Source of the DNA: Gammaproteobacteria bacterium
GTDB lineage: Bacteria; Pseudomonadota; Gammaproteobacteria; Eutrophobiales; Eutrophobiaceae
Reading direction: 5' to 3'
DNA length: 64,000 nt
Assembly (NCBI GenBank): GCA_965221695.1
Contig: OZ244905.1
Location: 1,600,001 to 1,664,000 of the forward strand
The notes beneath the pieces are model-generated. The model was not told the origin of the DNA and ran no database searches. It saw only the letters and a list, made by a program, of their open reading frames with translations. Made by a program: the position numbers and the translations under genes. This document shows, in pieces, positions 50,273-60,923 of this stretch (its first letter is position 1; each line of letters begins with the position of its first letter).

Positions 50273-51517
50273 TCATCCTGCGGCATCATCAAACACATTG
50301 TCCTCGCCCTCAAGACCGAAAGCGGAGTGTAATGTCCTTACACCCAGCTCCAGGTACTTCTCATCAACAACCACCGATATCTTTATTTCAGAGGTGGATA
50401 TCATCTGGATGTTGATGCCCTCGGCGGCGAGCGCCGAGAACATTTTACTTGCGATGCCTGCATGAGATCGCATCCCTACTCCCACCACTGAAATCTTGAC
50501 AATCTGATTATCTCCCAAGACTTCTCTCCCGTCCAGGTCCCGGGCAGTCTTTTCCAGCAACGCCTTGGCCTTGCCGAAATCATTCCGGTGTACGGTGAAG
50601 GTAAAGTCAGTGGACTGGTCCACGCCGGTATTCTGGACGATCATATCGACCTCGACGCCGGCCTCGGCAATGGGGTTGAGTATTGCGCCGGCGATGCCGG
50701 GCCTGTCAGGCACGCCGCGCAAGGTCAGTTTAGCTTCGTCTCGGTTATGGGCAATGCCCGCTATCAGCGCCCGTTCCATTTCTTCATCCTCGTTTGTGAT
50801 CAAGGTGCCCGGGCCTTCCTCGAAAGAAGACAGGACACGTAATGGTACTTTATACTTGTTGGCGAACTCGACTGAGCGTATCTGTAGCACTTTCGCCCCT
50901 AAGCTGGCCAACTCCAGCATCTCCTCGTAGGATACCTTGTCCATGCGCCTGGCTGCAGGCACGATCCGGGGGTCGGCGGTGTATACGCCGTCCACGTCAG
51001 TGTAAATCCTGCATTCAGCGGCGTTCAGCGCTACTGCCATGGCAACGGCGGTGGTATCGGTACCCCCGCGCCCAAGCGTGGTGATGTTGCCGTTCTCGTC
51101 AATGCCCTGAAATCCTGCAATCACGACTATCTTGTTATCCGACAGGTCTTTTTTTACCCGCACCGCCTCGATATCGATGATACGGGCCTTGTTGTGAACG
51201 TTGTCCGTAAGAATATGCACCTGCCCGCCGGTGTAGGAGACCGCCGGATACCCGTGCTCCTGCAATACCATGCTCAATAGGGCGATGGTGACCTGTTCAC
51301 CCGTCGACAACAACACGTCGAGTTCGCGTGAATCAGGTTTTTTGGCCACCTGTCCCGCGAGTTCGATAAGCCGGTCGGTCTCACCCGCCATGGCCGAGAG
51401 CACCACCACCACCTGGTGTCCCTGCTTGCGCGTGGCGATGACGATATCGGCGACCACCTTGATCCGGTCCACCGTTGCGACCGAGGTGCCGCCGAATTTT
51501 TCTACTATCAGAGCCAT
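50273..51517 (-). CDS. lysC: aspartate kinase
   Basis: KFGGTSV, TLGRGGTD, two ACT domains; conserved alaS-lysC-csrA order. Confidence 0.96.
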   Translation of the reverse strand: MALIVEKFGGTSVATVDRIKVVADIVIATRKQGHQVVVVLSAMAGETDRLIELAGQVAKKPDSRELDVLLSTGEQVTIALLSMVLQEHGYPAVSYTGGQVHILTDNVHNKARIIDIEAVRVKKDLSDNKIVVIAGFQGIDENGNITTLGRGGTDTTAVAMAVALNAAECRIYTDVDGVYTADPRIVPAARRMDKVSYEEMLELASLGAKVLQIRSVEFANKYKVPLRVLSSFEEGPGTLITNEDEEMERALIAGIAHNRDEAKLTLRGVPDRPGIAGAILNPIAEAGVEVDMIVQNTGVDQSTDFTFTVHRNDFGKAKALLEKTARDLDGREVLGDNQIVKISVVGVGMRSHAGIASKMFSALAAEGINIQMISTSEIKISVVVDEKYLELGVRTLHSAFGLEGEDNVFDDAAG

Positions 51518-51528
51518 AACAACCGATC

Positions 51529-54144
51529 TTAACCCGCTGTCCTGTCAACAACCCAGGCTGGAACACTTGCCAGCGCGCCCTGTAGCGCGGACGGATCATT
51601 GCCGCCGGCCTGTGCCAGGTCCGCACGGCCTCCACCCCGTCCACCCACCTGTTGGGCGACATGATTGACCAGCTCGCCGGCCTGCAGCTTGTCCGTGTTG
51701 TCTTTCGTAACGCCCGCCACCAGGCTGACTTTACCAGTTTTAACCGTACCGAGCACGATAACCGCGCTGCCCAGTTTACTCTTCAACTGATCGACCATGT
51801 CACGCAATGTTTTCGGATCTGCCCCGTCCATGTTGTGGGCAAGAACATGAATGCCGTTGACCAGTTCAGCCTGTTCGCTCAGATCAGCGCCGGCCTGACT
51901 GGCCATTTTATCTTTTACCTGTCTCAACTCCTTCTCCAAACGCCTAGAATTCTCCAGTAGCTGTTCCAGTTTTGCCGTAAGCTTGCTACGGTCGGACTTG
52001 AGCAAACGCGCCAGTTCGGCCAACTGCGCTTCTTCGCCCTCGACCAGGGCCAGCGCGCCCAGCCCGGTTACCGCTTCCACCCGGCGAATGCCTGCGGCAA
52101 TCCCGGTCTCAGTAGTGAATTTGAACAGCCCTATGTCGCCGGCGCGCGCCACGTGAGTGCCGCCGCACAGTTCCACCGAAAAATCGCCGCCGATGTTCAA
52201 TACCCGTACCTTTTCGTCGTATTTCTCGCCGAACAGTGACATTGCGCCCGACTTCAGCGCGTCGTCGAGAGGCATCAAGCGGATTTCGGTATCGATGTTT
52301 TCCAGTATCTTGCGATTGACAAGCCGTTCTATCTGCAACAGTTGCTGTGCCGAAACCGGTTCGGGATGGGAAAAGTCAAAGCGTAACCGGTCCGGCGCCA
52401 CCAGGGATCCCTGCTGGGTCACATGCTCACCGAGCGCCTCTCGCAATGCCGCATGCAGCAAGTGGGTGGCCGAGTGGTTGCGCACCGTATTGATGCGCGT
52501 AACGGGATCGACCCGGGCTTCTGCCTGCTGACCGACCCGGATTGTCCCCTCACTTACTCTGCCGCTATGAATATGGGCATTCCCCTGTTTTTGCGTGTCA
52601 TCGACAACAAACACGCCTGTATCCGAAACCAGTTCGCCCCGGTCGCCGACCTGGCCGCCGGATTCCGCATAGAACGGGGTGCGATCCAGTACGACTCCGC
52701 CGGATTGGCCTGCTTCGATAGCTTCGACTATCTGGTTGTCCTGAAGCAAGGCAGTGACCTGCCCGGAGGTATGCAGGGAATCGTAACCTTCGAAACCGGA
52801 AGCATGGTTCTTCAGGTCGGGCAGAACGGAGATATCCACGTTGAACTTGTTCGCTTCCCGCGCACGCCGGCGTTGTTCCTGCATGCATTGCTCGAACCCT
52901 TCCTGGTCCAGTTCCAGGTTGCGCTCGCGGGCTATATCGGCGGTCAGGTCGACAGGAAAGCCGTAAGTATCGTACAGCTTGAACACGACTTCACCCGGAA
53001 TGGTGCCGGAGACCAGGGTCCCGACTGCAGATTCCAGGTGTTTAAGCCCTTGCTCCAAGGTTTCCGTAAAACGTTCTTCTTCTTGCTTCAGGGTATTTAT
53101 CACGAATTCTTTGCTCCTGCCCAATTCAGGACAGGCTGCTCCCATGATCGCATCCAGCGGCTCCACCAGCTTGTGGAAGAACGGCTCATTCAGGCCCAGC
53201 CTGGAGCCGTGACGCAGCGCCCGGCGGATGATCCGGCGCAGCGCATAACCCCGGCCCTCGTTGGCCGGGATGACGCCGTCCGCGACCAGGAAAGCGCAGG
53301 AGCGGATATGGTCGGCAATTACCCGGGTTGAAATAAGATCCGCGCCGCTATCCCCTGCGAGGGATTGCACTGCCTTGATTAGAGGGAGAAACAGGTCTGT
53401 TTCATAGTTGTTGCGTACCCCCTGCAGTAGCGCCGCGGTCCGCTCCAGGCCCATGCCCGTATCGACTGATGGCTTCGGCAGGGGATGTAGCTTGCCTTGC
53501 GCATCGCGGTTGAATTCCATAAACACCAGGTTCCATATCTCCACGTAGCGGTCGCCATCCTGCTCCGCGCTGCCGGGCGGGCCGCCGGACACATCCGGCC
53601 CGTAATCATAAAATATCTCGCTGCAAGGCCCGCAGGGTCCCGTGTCCCCCATCGACCAGAAATTGTCTTTCTCTCCGCAACGGCTGAACCGCTCCTTGCT
53701 GACTCCGATCTTTTGCAACCAGATGTCTTCCGCCTCGGCGTCATCCTGGTAGACGGTTACCCATAGTTTCTCTGCGGGTATGGCCAGCTCCTCGGTCAGG
53801 AACTCCCAGGCATATTCAATGGCCTGTTCCTTGAAGTAGTCGCCGAAACTGAAGTTGCCCAGCATCTCGAAAAAAGTATGGTGGCGAGCAGTGTATCCGA
53901 CATTGTCCAGGTCGTTATGTTTACCGCCGGCGCGTACGCAACGCTGGGCAGTCACCGCCCGCGCGCAGGCGCGTTGCTCCAGCCCGAGGAATACATCCTT
54001 GAACTGCACCATGCCGGCATTGGTGAACAATAGCGTCGGATCATTGGCCGGCACCAGTGGTGAACTTGGCACCACTTCATGTCCGTGCCGGCTGAAATAA
54101 TCCTGGAACCGCCGGCGAATGTCATTTGCTGCGATGTACTTCAT
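51529..54144 (-). CDS. alaS: alanine--tRNA ligase
   Basis: [40 protein letters not shown]. Confidence 0.99.
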   Translation of the reverse strand: MKYIAANDIRRRFQDYFSRHGHEVVPSSPLVPANDPTLLFTNAGMVQFKDVFLGLEQRACARAVTAQRCVRAGGKHNDLDNVGYTARHHTFFEMLGNFSFGDYFKEQAIEYAWEFLTEELAIPAEKLWVTVYQDDAEAEDIWLQKIGVSKERFSRCGEKDNFWSMGDTGPCGPCSEIFYDYGPDVSGGPPGSAEQDGDRYVEIWNLVFMEFNRDAQGKLHPLPKPSVDTGMGLERTAALLQGVRNNYETDLFLPLIKAVQSLAGDSGADLISTRVIADHIRSCAFLVADGVIPANEGRGYALRRIIRRALRHGSRLGLNEPFFHKLVEPLDAIMGAACPELGRSKEFVINTLKQEEERFTETLEQGLKHLESAVGTLVSGTIPGEVVFKLYDTYGFPVDLTADIARERNLELDQEGFEQCMQEQRRRAREANKFNVDISVLPDLKNHASGFEGYDSLHTSGQVTALLQDNQIVEAIEAGQSGGVVLDRTPFYAESGGQVGDRGELVSDTGVFVVDDTQKQGNAHIHSGRVSEGTIRVGQQAEARVDPVTRINTVRNHSATHLLHAALREALGEHVTQQGSLVAPDRLRFDFSHPEPVSAQQLLQIERLVNRKILENIDTEIRLMPLDDALKSGAMSLFGEKYDEKVRVLNIGGDFSVELCGGTHVARAGDIGLFKFTTETGIAAGIRRVEAVTGLGALALVEGEEAQLAELARLLKSDRSKLTAKLEQLLENSRRLEKELRQVKDKMASQAGADLSEQAELVNGIHVLAHNMDGADPKTLRDMVDQLKSKLGSAVIVLGTVKTGKVSLVAGVTKDNTDKLQAGELVNHVAQQVGGRGGGRADLAQAGGNDPSALQGALASVPAWVVDRTAG

Positions 54145-54152
54145 CCTGCCCG

Positions 54153-54566
54153 TTATTCGCTGTTATTGAATTGTCTTCGAATCTGCTCTGAGGTAAAACC
54201 GCGATATTGCAGAAAACGTGATTGTCTTGCCTGTTGCTTAAAATCCATGGGCGCCTGCGGTCCGAATTTCTTCTCCCGCGCCGCGCTGATATGGGCTTCC
54301 CAATCCAGGCCCATAGTCGAAACCACCTGTTGCACCAGTTCTTCGGCGAGCCCGCGTTCACTCAACTCCCGGGTGATGCGCAGCGGTCCATAGCCTTTTG
54401 CAACACGGCTGCGAACATACGCTTCGGCATAGCGCGCATCATCCTGCAATCCCGCAGACCTGAGGTCTGCAAGGACCTTCTCCACCGGTTCAGGGGGAAA
54501 GCCACGCGCTGTGAGTTTTACCCGCAGTTCCTGTTTGGAATGCTCGCGCCGGGCGAGCAGGTCCAA
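54153..54566 (-). CDS. recX: regulatory protein RecX
   Basis: [26 protein letters not shown]; the frame stays open to about 54605, so the true start is probably further upstream. Confidence 0.93.
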   Translation of the reverse strand: MDLLARREHSKQELRVKLTARGFPPEPVEKVLADLRSAGLQDDARYAEAYVRSRVAKGYGPLRITRELSERGLAEELVQQVVSTMGLDWEAHISAAREKKFGPQAPMDFKQQARQSRFLQYRGFTSEQIRRQFNNSE

Positions 54567-54601
54567 GGCCCGTTGCCTGATTATCTGTGTCTGATCGATA
54601 T

Positions 54602-55648
54602 TCAGGGATGCGTCTCCTCCACCGGTTCAGCCGTGTCAGCCTGCGGCAGGGCCTTGTCTTTTACCGCTTGTTCGATTGCCTGCGCCACTTCGGGGTTGCC
54701 CCGGAGATATTCGCGCACGTTGTCCTTGCCCTGGCCGATGCGTTCACCGTTGTAACCATACCAGGCGCCGGTTTTTTCTATAATCCCATGCTGTACGCCC
54801 AGTTGAATGATTTCGCCCTCACGGGATATGCCGCGCCCGTAGAAGATATCGAAAACCACCTCCTTGAATGGCGGCGCCACCTTGTTTTTGACCACCTTGA
54901 CGCGGGTTTCGTTGCCCACAACCTCATCACTTTTCTTTATCGCGCCGATGCGGCGTATTTCCATGCGCACGGACGAATAAAACTTCAGTGCGTTACCGCC
55001 GGTAGTGGTCTCCGGATTACCGAACATCACACCGATCTTCATGCGGATCTGGTTGATGAATATCACCAGTGTATTGGAACGCTTGATATTGGCTGTGAGT
55101 TTTCTCAGCGCCTGCGACATCAGGCGCGCCTGCAGACCCATGTGGCTGTCACCCATCTCACCCTCTATTTCCGCCTTGGGCGTGAGCGCCGCCACGGAGT
55201 CGATGATTATCAGGTCCGTGGCGCCGGACCGTACCAGCATATCCGTGATTTCCAGCGCCTGTTCGCCCGTATCCGGCTGCGAGACCAGCAGGTCCGCTAT
55301 TTCCACGCCCAGTTTTTCCGCGTATTTCGGGTCCAGCGCATGTTCCGCATCGACGACTGCCGCGGTGCCGCCGGCTTTTTGTATTTCCGCGGCGACATGC
55401 AAGGCCAGGGTGGTCTTGCCTGAAGATTCCGGCCCGTAGATTTCCACGACTCTTCCCCGGGGTAACCCGCCAATTCCCAGCGCCAGGTCCAGGCCCAGCG
55501 AACCTGTGGATACTGCGGTCACGTCATGGTCAACGGTGTCGTCGCCCATGCGCATGATTGAACCCCTACCGAATTGCTTTTCGATTTGCCCCAGAGCGAT
55601 GTCCAGAGCCTGTTTCTTTTTCTCGTCCACGGATTCTCTCGTTCTCAA
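54602..55648 (-). CDS. recA: recombinase RecA
   Basis: [31 protein letters not shown]; start may be GTG 55630. Confidence 0.99.
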   Translation of the reverse strand: MRTRESVDEKKKQALDIALGQIEKQFGRGSIMRMGDDTVDHDVTAVSTGSLGLDLALGIGGLPRGRVVEIYGPESSGKTTLALHVAAEIQKAGGTAAVVDAEHALDPKYAEKLGVEIADLLVSQPDTGEQALEITDMLVRSGATDLIIIDSVAALTPKAEIEGEMGDSHMGLQARLMSQALRKLTANIKRSNTLVIFINQIRMKIGVMFGNPETTTGGNALKFYSSVRMEIRRIGAIKKSDEVVGNETRVKVVKNKVAPPFKEVVFDIFYGRGISREGEIIQLGVQHGIIEKTGAWYGYNGERIGQGKDNVREYLRGNPEVAQAIEQAVKDKALPQADTAEPVEETHP

Positions 55649-55702
55649 AATAATGATTAGTGTAGATTATGCCAAATTTTATATTCAGTCTCACATTTCT
55701 TA

Positions 55703-55996
55703 TCACTTCAGGTTGTTAACTACCAGTGTGAGGTTGAATATAACCAGCAGTACCATGATCGCCCGGAATACGATACCGAGGGCGCCGCTCCTGGGCGCAT
55801 AGGCCCACATTACGCCACCTACGACTATGGAACCGACCAGGAAGGCCAGCGCCGCCGGCCCCGTCAGGAAATCCACTGCTGTCTGAAACGCAGTGGTGAT
55901 AAAATCCAGCGGCCCTCCGGTCGTGCCGATGTCGAATTCAGCACGCAAAGCGCCGGGGAAACATACAAGTACAAACAGACAGATACGGTCGCGCAT
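55703..55996 (-). CDS. VirB2/TrbC-like conjugative pilin
   Basis: Signal peptide, then DFLTGPAA plus two hydrophobic helices; 97 aa; AAGGGAGAGGAAGG RBS. Confidence 0.7.
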   Translation of the reverse strand: MRDRICLFVLVCFPGALRAEFDIGTTGGPLDFITTAFQTAVDFLTGPAALAFLVGSIVVGGVMWAYAPRSGALGIVFRAIMVLLVIFNLTLVVNNLK

Positions 55997-56018
55997 CCCT
56001 TCCTCTCCCTTGTTGACG

Positions 56019-56327
56019 TTATTCGGTAATTATGAACGGCCTGTCGGCGACGATATCCGCGCGCAGACAGGTAATCCGTTTCAACAGTCTTTTTCTGATC
56101 ACGTACAACCAGACCGCGATCCCGTTCGGGTCGTTCCTGCATACCAGGTTCAGTACGGCCAGGCCAAAACATACTATCAGCGCAAACAGCAGTACGGAGC
56201 GTAATTGCACGCCGAGCAGCAGCGCTGAGACAAACAGGAATAGCACCGCGTTGGCGGGATAACCAAAATATCGCTTGTTTGCGGTCAGTGATGACCTGTT
56301 ACTGTAGGCGTCTTCCCTGGTATCCAT
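56019..56327 (-). CDS. VirB3/TrbD-like T4SS membrane protein
   Basis: SLT...YFGYP, two TM segments, then RNDP; 102 aa. Confidence 0.65.
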   Translation of the reverse strand: MDTREDAYSNRSSLTANKRYFGYPANAVLFLFVSALLLGVQLRSVLLFALIVCFGLAVLNLVCRNDPNGIAVWLYVIRKRLLKRITCLRADIVADRPFIITE

Positions 56328-56482
56328 GATACTTCCCTCAATGTGTGGCTGGTCGAATAATTCTGGTCCGGATAGACTTCATCAAAATCTTATTGCCTAT
56401 ACTGACACAACTTGTTGATTGAAGTCAACAGCTCTATTAAATCCTGTTATAAAAAATTCAGGTGGAATGATGTGTCACCCAT

Positions 56483-56925
56483 CCACCGTACCACTCCCGC
56501 GAAAACGGGAGTCCAGTCGAATACTGTGTCACCCGAAGGGCGACGCTTTGTTTCACTGGATTCCCGCTTGCGCGGGAATGGGATGGGAAGCACTCCCGCG
56601 TACCCTGCCACCGTACCACTCCCGCGGAAGCGGGAGTTCAGTCAAATACTGTGTCACCCGAAGGGCGACGCTTTGTTTCACTGGATTCCCGTTTTCACGG
56701 GAATGGGATGGGGAGCACTCCCGCGTACCCTGCCACCGTACCACTCCCGCGGAAGCGGGAGTCCAGTCAAATACTGTGTCGCCCGAAGGGCGACGCTTTG
56801 TTTCACTGGATTCCCGTTTTCACTGGAATGGGATGGGGAGCACTCCCGCGTGCCCTGCCACCGTACCACTCCCGCGGAAGCGGGAGTCCAGTCAAATACT
56901 GTGTCGCCCAGAGGGCGACTCGTTA
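56483..56925. repeat. tandem array of about 3.5 x 125-bp REP-containing units (BIME-like), family B
   Basis: Unit starts (ccaccgtaccactcccgc) at 56483, 56608, 56733 and 56858; three hairpins per unit. Confidence 0.93.
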
Positions 56926-56927
56926 TT

Positions 56928-58220
56928 TCACAGGTTTTGCATCTCCTTTGCCGCTGCCAGTGAAGCGAGCCGGGCAATAACGCCATAGCTGTAAAACCGG
57001 TTCGGCTGGGCATCCGGCGATTTTTCCTTGTCCGGGGAGTTGCAGGATTCCTCGAATGCCAGACGCTCGAAATACATGCCCGGAGCGTTCAGGTTTTCAT
57101 TGCTGGCACGTTGCGGGTGCACCCGGTAGAAACCGCCTACCACGTTCTGGTCAATGAGGTATACCACCGGTTCGGCGACCGTACCGGGACTACCCCAGGT
57201 TTCGTGGGTATGCACACCCTCCTGCAGAATAGCCTTGGTCACCTTCTGCCCTTCTTTGACAGTCGCCATTTTTGTTCTTTGTTTACGATTCAGGTCGTGA
57301 ACTTCCTCAGGGGTTTGTACAGACATCACCCCCATGCCGTAAGTGCCGGAATCCGCTTTGATCATCACGAATGGATCACTGGTTATGCCATACTCTTCGT
57401 ATTTCTTACGGATCGCGTTCAGCAGTGATTCCACGTTTCTTGACAAGCAGGATTCGCCTGCGCGCTTCATAAAGTCCACTTCCCCACAGTTGCGGAACAG
57501 GGGCTCAATCAGCCAGGGATCGATATCCAGCAGCGCGGCGAAATCGCGGGCGATGTCCCGGTAAAAATTGAAATGAACGGTTTTCGACCTGTCCGACCAA
57601 CCCAGTCTGACCGGGGGCATAATACGCTGCTCCACTCCTGTCAGAAAATCGGGCACACCAGAGGACAAATCATTGTTCAGTATCAACAGATCCGGCCGGA
57701 AATCCCGCACGCACACGTCCGCCCCCTCTCTTAGCAGTGGCTCCAGGCGTATCGACGCCCCGCTGTCCAGCTCGATCGTCAGCTCTTCTTCCAACCCCGG
57801 CAACAGGGAACCCATCCGGGTCTCGAAACCCGCTTTTTCAAATATCCCCTGTAACACGGCAAGGTTCTCCAGGTAATGCCTGTTTCGGGTATGATTTTCG
57901 GGAACGATCAACACCCGGTCGACCGGCTGTTCCAACCGCTCCAGCGCCGACTGCGCCGCCTGTATGCACAGGGACTCGAAGGCCGGGTTGAGGTTATTAA
58001 ACCCGCCGGGAAACAGGTTGGTGTCGACCGGCGCTATCTTGTAGCCCGCATTTCTCAGGTCGACGGACGCATACAACGGTGCCGGTGTATTACGCCACTG
58101 GGAGCGAAACCAGGATTCGATCCTGGTCTGATGATCCAGGATGATGCTCTCAATGATATTCAACGGCCCAGTCAGAGCCGTCTTCAGATGCGGCACCGTG
58201 TCTATTGCGGTAGCAACCAT
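56928..58220 (-). CDS. gshA: glutamate--cysteine ligase (Acidithiobacillus/Neisseria-type GshA)
   Basis: VPHLKTALTGPL, SVDLRNAGYKIAPVDTNLFPGGFNNL, ENLNAPG, PNRFY.YGV.ARL. Confidence 0.93.
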   Translation of the reverse strand: MVATAIDTVPHLKTALTGPLNIIESIILDHQTRIESWFRSQWRNTPAPLYASVDLRNAGYKIAPVDTNLFPGGFNNLNPAFESLCIQAAQSALERLEQPVDRVLIVPENHTRNRHYLENLAVLQGIFEKAGFETRMGSLLPGLEEELTIELDSGASIRLEPLLREGADVCVRDFRPDLLILNNDLSSGVPDFLTGVEQRIMPPVRLGWSDRSKTVHFNFYRDIARDFAALLDIDPWLIEPLFRNCGEVDFMKRAGESCLSRNVESLLNAIRKKYEEYGITSDPFVMIKADSGTYGMGVMSVQTPEEVHDLNRKQRTKMATVKEGQKVTKAILQEGVHTHETWGSPGTVAEPVVYLIDQNVVGGFYRVHPQRASNENLNAPGMYFERLAFEESCNSPDKEKSPDAQPNRFYSYGVIARLASLAAAKEMQNL

Positions 58221-58268
58221 AGCGGGTTTTCCAGATTAATGAAGCGGGTATTATATGAAATATGCCCT

Positions 58269-58305
58269 GGACAAGTCCATCCTGGACTTGTTCAGAGCTT
58301 CCTAA
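58269..58305. repeat. family A element end fragment
   Basis: ggacaagtccatcctggacttgttcagagcttcctaa. Confidence 0.8.
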
Positions 58306-58317
58306 AACAGGTTCCGG

Positions 58318-59049
58318 TCAATGCAGGTCGCCCCAGAGCACCTGCAATGCTGTGAGTGCCGCGACGGCTGCGGTTTCGGTGCGCAGGGTGCGCGGGCCGA
58401 GATTTATCGGGATATATCCCTGTTGTTCCGACATTGCCACTTCGGCATCGGTGAGACCGCCTTCCGGTCCTATCAGGATGGCGGCTGTACGGTCGTTCAA
58501 GCTTATTCCCGCAAGGGTCTGGCGCGCGCGGGGCTCGAGCACCAACCGTGTCGAGTTTCGCTCATCCGCTACCCACTCCTGCAAGTCCCTGGGACTGCTC
58601 AGAACAGGCAGGGTATCTCTGCCGCATTGCTCGCAGGCATGGATAATGATTTTTTCCCAGCGCTCCATGCGCGAACTGATGCGGTTTTGATCCAGCCTGA
58701 CATTGCCGCGCTCGGTAAACAGGGGAATAATGGCATGTACACCCAGTTCAACGGATTTCTGCACGGCATAATCCATGTGCAGGTTGCGCGATATGCCCAG
58801 CCCCAGTTTGATTAACAGCCTGGATTCTGCTGTTCCCGGTTCAAAGTCCAGGATTTCAACCTCAGCCAGGCCTGTCGAAGTCGCAATTATTCTGCCGCGA
58901 TAACTCCCGCCGAGACCGTTAAACAAGGTAACCTGATCATTCTGCCGGCAACGAAGAACCCGCAACAAATGGCGCGATGCCTCTTTAGACAGAAAAACTG
59001 TAGTGGAAACCGCCAATGGGGATTCCGTATATACCCGGATATTGCGCAT
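58318..59049 (-). CDS. rsmE: 16S rRNA (uracil1498-N3)-methyltransferase
   Basis: HLLRVLR, QKSVELGV, ACEQCGR, IGPEGG, LGPRTLRTETA. Confidence 0.96.
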   Translation of the reverse strand: MRNIRVYTESPLAVSTTVFLSKEASRHLLRVLRCRQNDQVTLFNGLGGSYRGRIIATSTGLAEVEILDFEPGTAESRLLIKLGLGISRNLHMDYAVQKSVELGVHAIIPLFTERGNVRLDQNRISSRMERWEKIIIHACEQCGRDTLPVLSSPRDLQEWVADERNSTRLVLEPRARQTLAGISLNDRTAAILIGPEGGLTDAEVAMSEQQGYIPINLGPRTLRTETAAVAALTALQVLWGDLH

Positions 59050-59112
59050 ATGGCTTCAGAGTTTAGCAACCTATGAGATTTGTTCCAACGGTATGGGGAT
59101 ACGCCGTCTCTG

Positions 59113-59149
59113 TAGTACTCCGGATGGACTTGTTCAGAGCTTCCTTTAA
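59113..59149. repeat. family A element end fragment
   Basis: ggatggacttgttcagagcttcctttaa. Confidence 0.75.
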
Positions 59150-59158
59150 AATAGGCGA

Positions 59159-59617
59159 ATGCTTAAATCCATCAAGGAATTCTTTGAGCGCGGCCTGCAG
59201 GAGAATGCCGGGCGCGACAGCTCCGATCACGGCAACCGGGTGGAACTGGCCGCGGCCGTCTTGATGGTTGAGATCAGCCTGGCTGATTCTGCCATCGGCG
59301 CTGAAGAGCTTGCCGTTATCAAAACAGCCCTGGTCAATCACTTTTCTATTGACGCAGAACAGGTGGATGAATTGATCGACCTGGCGCGCCGGGAAGTTGA
59401 TCTCGCGGTTTCTCTGCACGAGTTCACCCGCATGCTTAATCAGAATCTGGCCCCGGTGGAAAAGATCCGCATCATCGAATTGCTTTGGAAAGTCGCATTT
59501 GCCGATGCCGTGCTGGACAAATACGAGGAGTACTACATCAGAAAAATCGCTGATTTGCTGTATATCTCCCATAAGGATTATATCCGGACCAAACACAGGG
59601 TCGCTGAGGGTAGTTGA
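59159..59617 (+). CDS. TerB family protein
   Basis: LAAAVLMVEI..AD, SLHEFT, LWKVAFAD...EEYYIRKIADLL. Confidence 0.88.
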   Translation: MLKSIKEFFERGLQENAGRDSSDHGNRVELAAAVLMVEISLADSAIGAEELAVIKTALVNHFSIDAEQVDELIDLARREVDLAVSLHEFTRMLNQNLAPVEKIRIIELLWKVAFADAVLDKYEEYYIRKIADLLYISHKDYIRTKHRVAEGS

Positions 59618-59620
59618 GAT

Positions 59621-60109
59621 GTGGGTGGTGTACCACACAATCCCAGCAGACCAGTGTTAGATAAAATCATATCCGGTGGCCAGACGGGCGTGGATCGGGC
59701 CGCGCTGGACAGCGCTATTTTCCTTGATATCCCCCACGGCGGCTGGTGCCCAGCCGGCAGGAGAGCGGAGGACGGAACGATTCCCGCGCGTTACCACCTG
59801 ATTGAAACGGATGCGCCGGAATATGTTGACAGGACACGAAAAAACGTTGAAGACAGCGACGGAACACTGATCCTGAACAGCAAACAGTTGGAGGGAGGCA
59901 CGGCAGCAACCCTGGCTTTTGCCAGGAGTTTGAGCAAGCCGGTTATGGTCATCAATCTCGACGACCCTCCAGAAACAGACGCTATCCGCAACTGGCTGGC
60001 AGCCAACCGGATAAAACATTGTAACGTGGCAGGCCCGCGGGAAAGCAAACGGCCGGGGATTTACCGGCAAACCTGCAGTTATCTCAGAATAGTATTAGGG
60101 AAACTCTGA
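59621..60109 (+). CDS. cpYpsA SLOG family (putative molybdenum carrier) protein
   Basis: KIISGGQTGVDRAALD, GGWCP.GR.AEDG, NVAGPRES. Confidence 0.9.
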   Translation: MGGVPHNPSRPVLDKIISGGQTGVDRAALDSAIFLDIPHGGWCPAGRRAEDGTIPARYHLIETDAPEYVDRTRKNVEDSDGTLILNSKQLEGGTAATLAFARSLSKPVMVINLDDPPETDAIRNWLAANRIKHCNVAGPRESKRPGIYRQTCSYLRIVLGKL

Positions 60110-60130
60110 CTTAACCCCCGGCTATCGGAA

Positions 60131-60853
60131 CTATCGATCTCCTTCCGCACAACGCAAAAAAGCCTGTTCAAGGTCAACTGCATTGAAATGCCGGCAACAC
60201 TCGGCAGGCGTTCCGATATATCGGATGTTGCCCCGGTGTAATATCGCTATGCTGTCGCACAGCTTTTCCGCGTCGGACAGCAGGTGACTTGTCAGCAAAC
60301 AGGAATGACCTAGCTTTTTCAGTTTAAGCAAATGCTCTCTCAGAGATGCGCGCGCCTTTGGGTCCAGGCCATTCATAGGTTCATCCAGGATCAGCAGCTT
60401 TTTTCCGCTCAACAGGCAGGCGGCCAGACCGAGTTTCTGCGCGGCGCCGTTTGACAGCATTATCGCGCGCTGTTCTAACTCGTCGGGTTCCATATCCAGT
60501 ATTTCCAGAATCTCTCCCGTCCTCCTCGGATCAGGCGCATTGCCGTGCAGCCGGCATAAGTAGTCGATAAACTCCTTGCCTTTGAGATGCCCCGGGGGGC
60601 GGAAACTTTCCGGCAGGTAGGCCAAGGCTTCCCTGACCGACGCCCGGTCGTGCTGCTTGCCGAAGATGGCGATCTTTCCCGAGTCCGGCGTGTCGAGGTC
60701 GAGCAGGCACTTTATCAATGTGGTCTTGCCGGCGCCGTTGGCGCCGACCAAACCCAGTATTTCGCCGTCGCTCAGCTCGAGCGTCACGCCTGAAAACACA
60801 ATCTTGCTTCCCCGCTGTTTGGTCAGCCCTTGTATCTGGATTGCCGGCCCCAC
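60131..60853 (-). CDS. ABC transporter ATP-binding protein (pilus-associated PilH-like)
   Basis: GANGAGKT, degenerate signature LSNGAAQ, LDEP, TSH; start trimmed to GTG 60853. Confidence 0.9.
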   Translation of the reverse strand: MGPAIQIQGLTKQRGSKIVFSGVTLELSDGEILGLVGANGAGKTTLIKCLLDLDTPDSGKIAIFGKQHDRASVREALAYLPESFRPPGHLKGKEFIDYLCRLHGNAPDPRRTGEILEILDMEPDELEQRAIMLSNGAAQKLGLAACLLSGKKLLILDEPMNGLDPKARASLREHLLKLKKLGHSCLLTSHLLSDAEKLCDSIAILHRGNIRYIGTPAECCRHFNAVDLEQAFLRCAEGDR

Positions 60854-60923
60854 ATGCGGGCGTCCCGCCCGCAGGCAGGCGGGGCGCCTATGGTCCCAGG
60901 TAAAGCAGGTCATCTTGTCCGGG

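Noticed and set aside
55649-55702. LexA SOS box before recA
   Set aside because: No CTG-N10-CAG palindrome found
56483-56925. CRISPR array
   Set aside because: Whole 125-bp units are near-identical with no unique spacers, and there are no cas genes
56412-57013. ORFs of 183, 189, 109 and 111 aa over the tandem array
   Set aside because: Open frames produced by the repeat; no RBS or protein-like features
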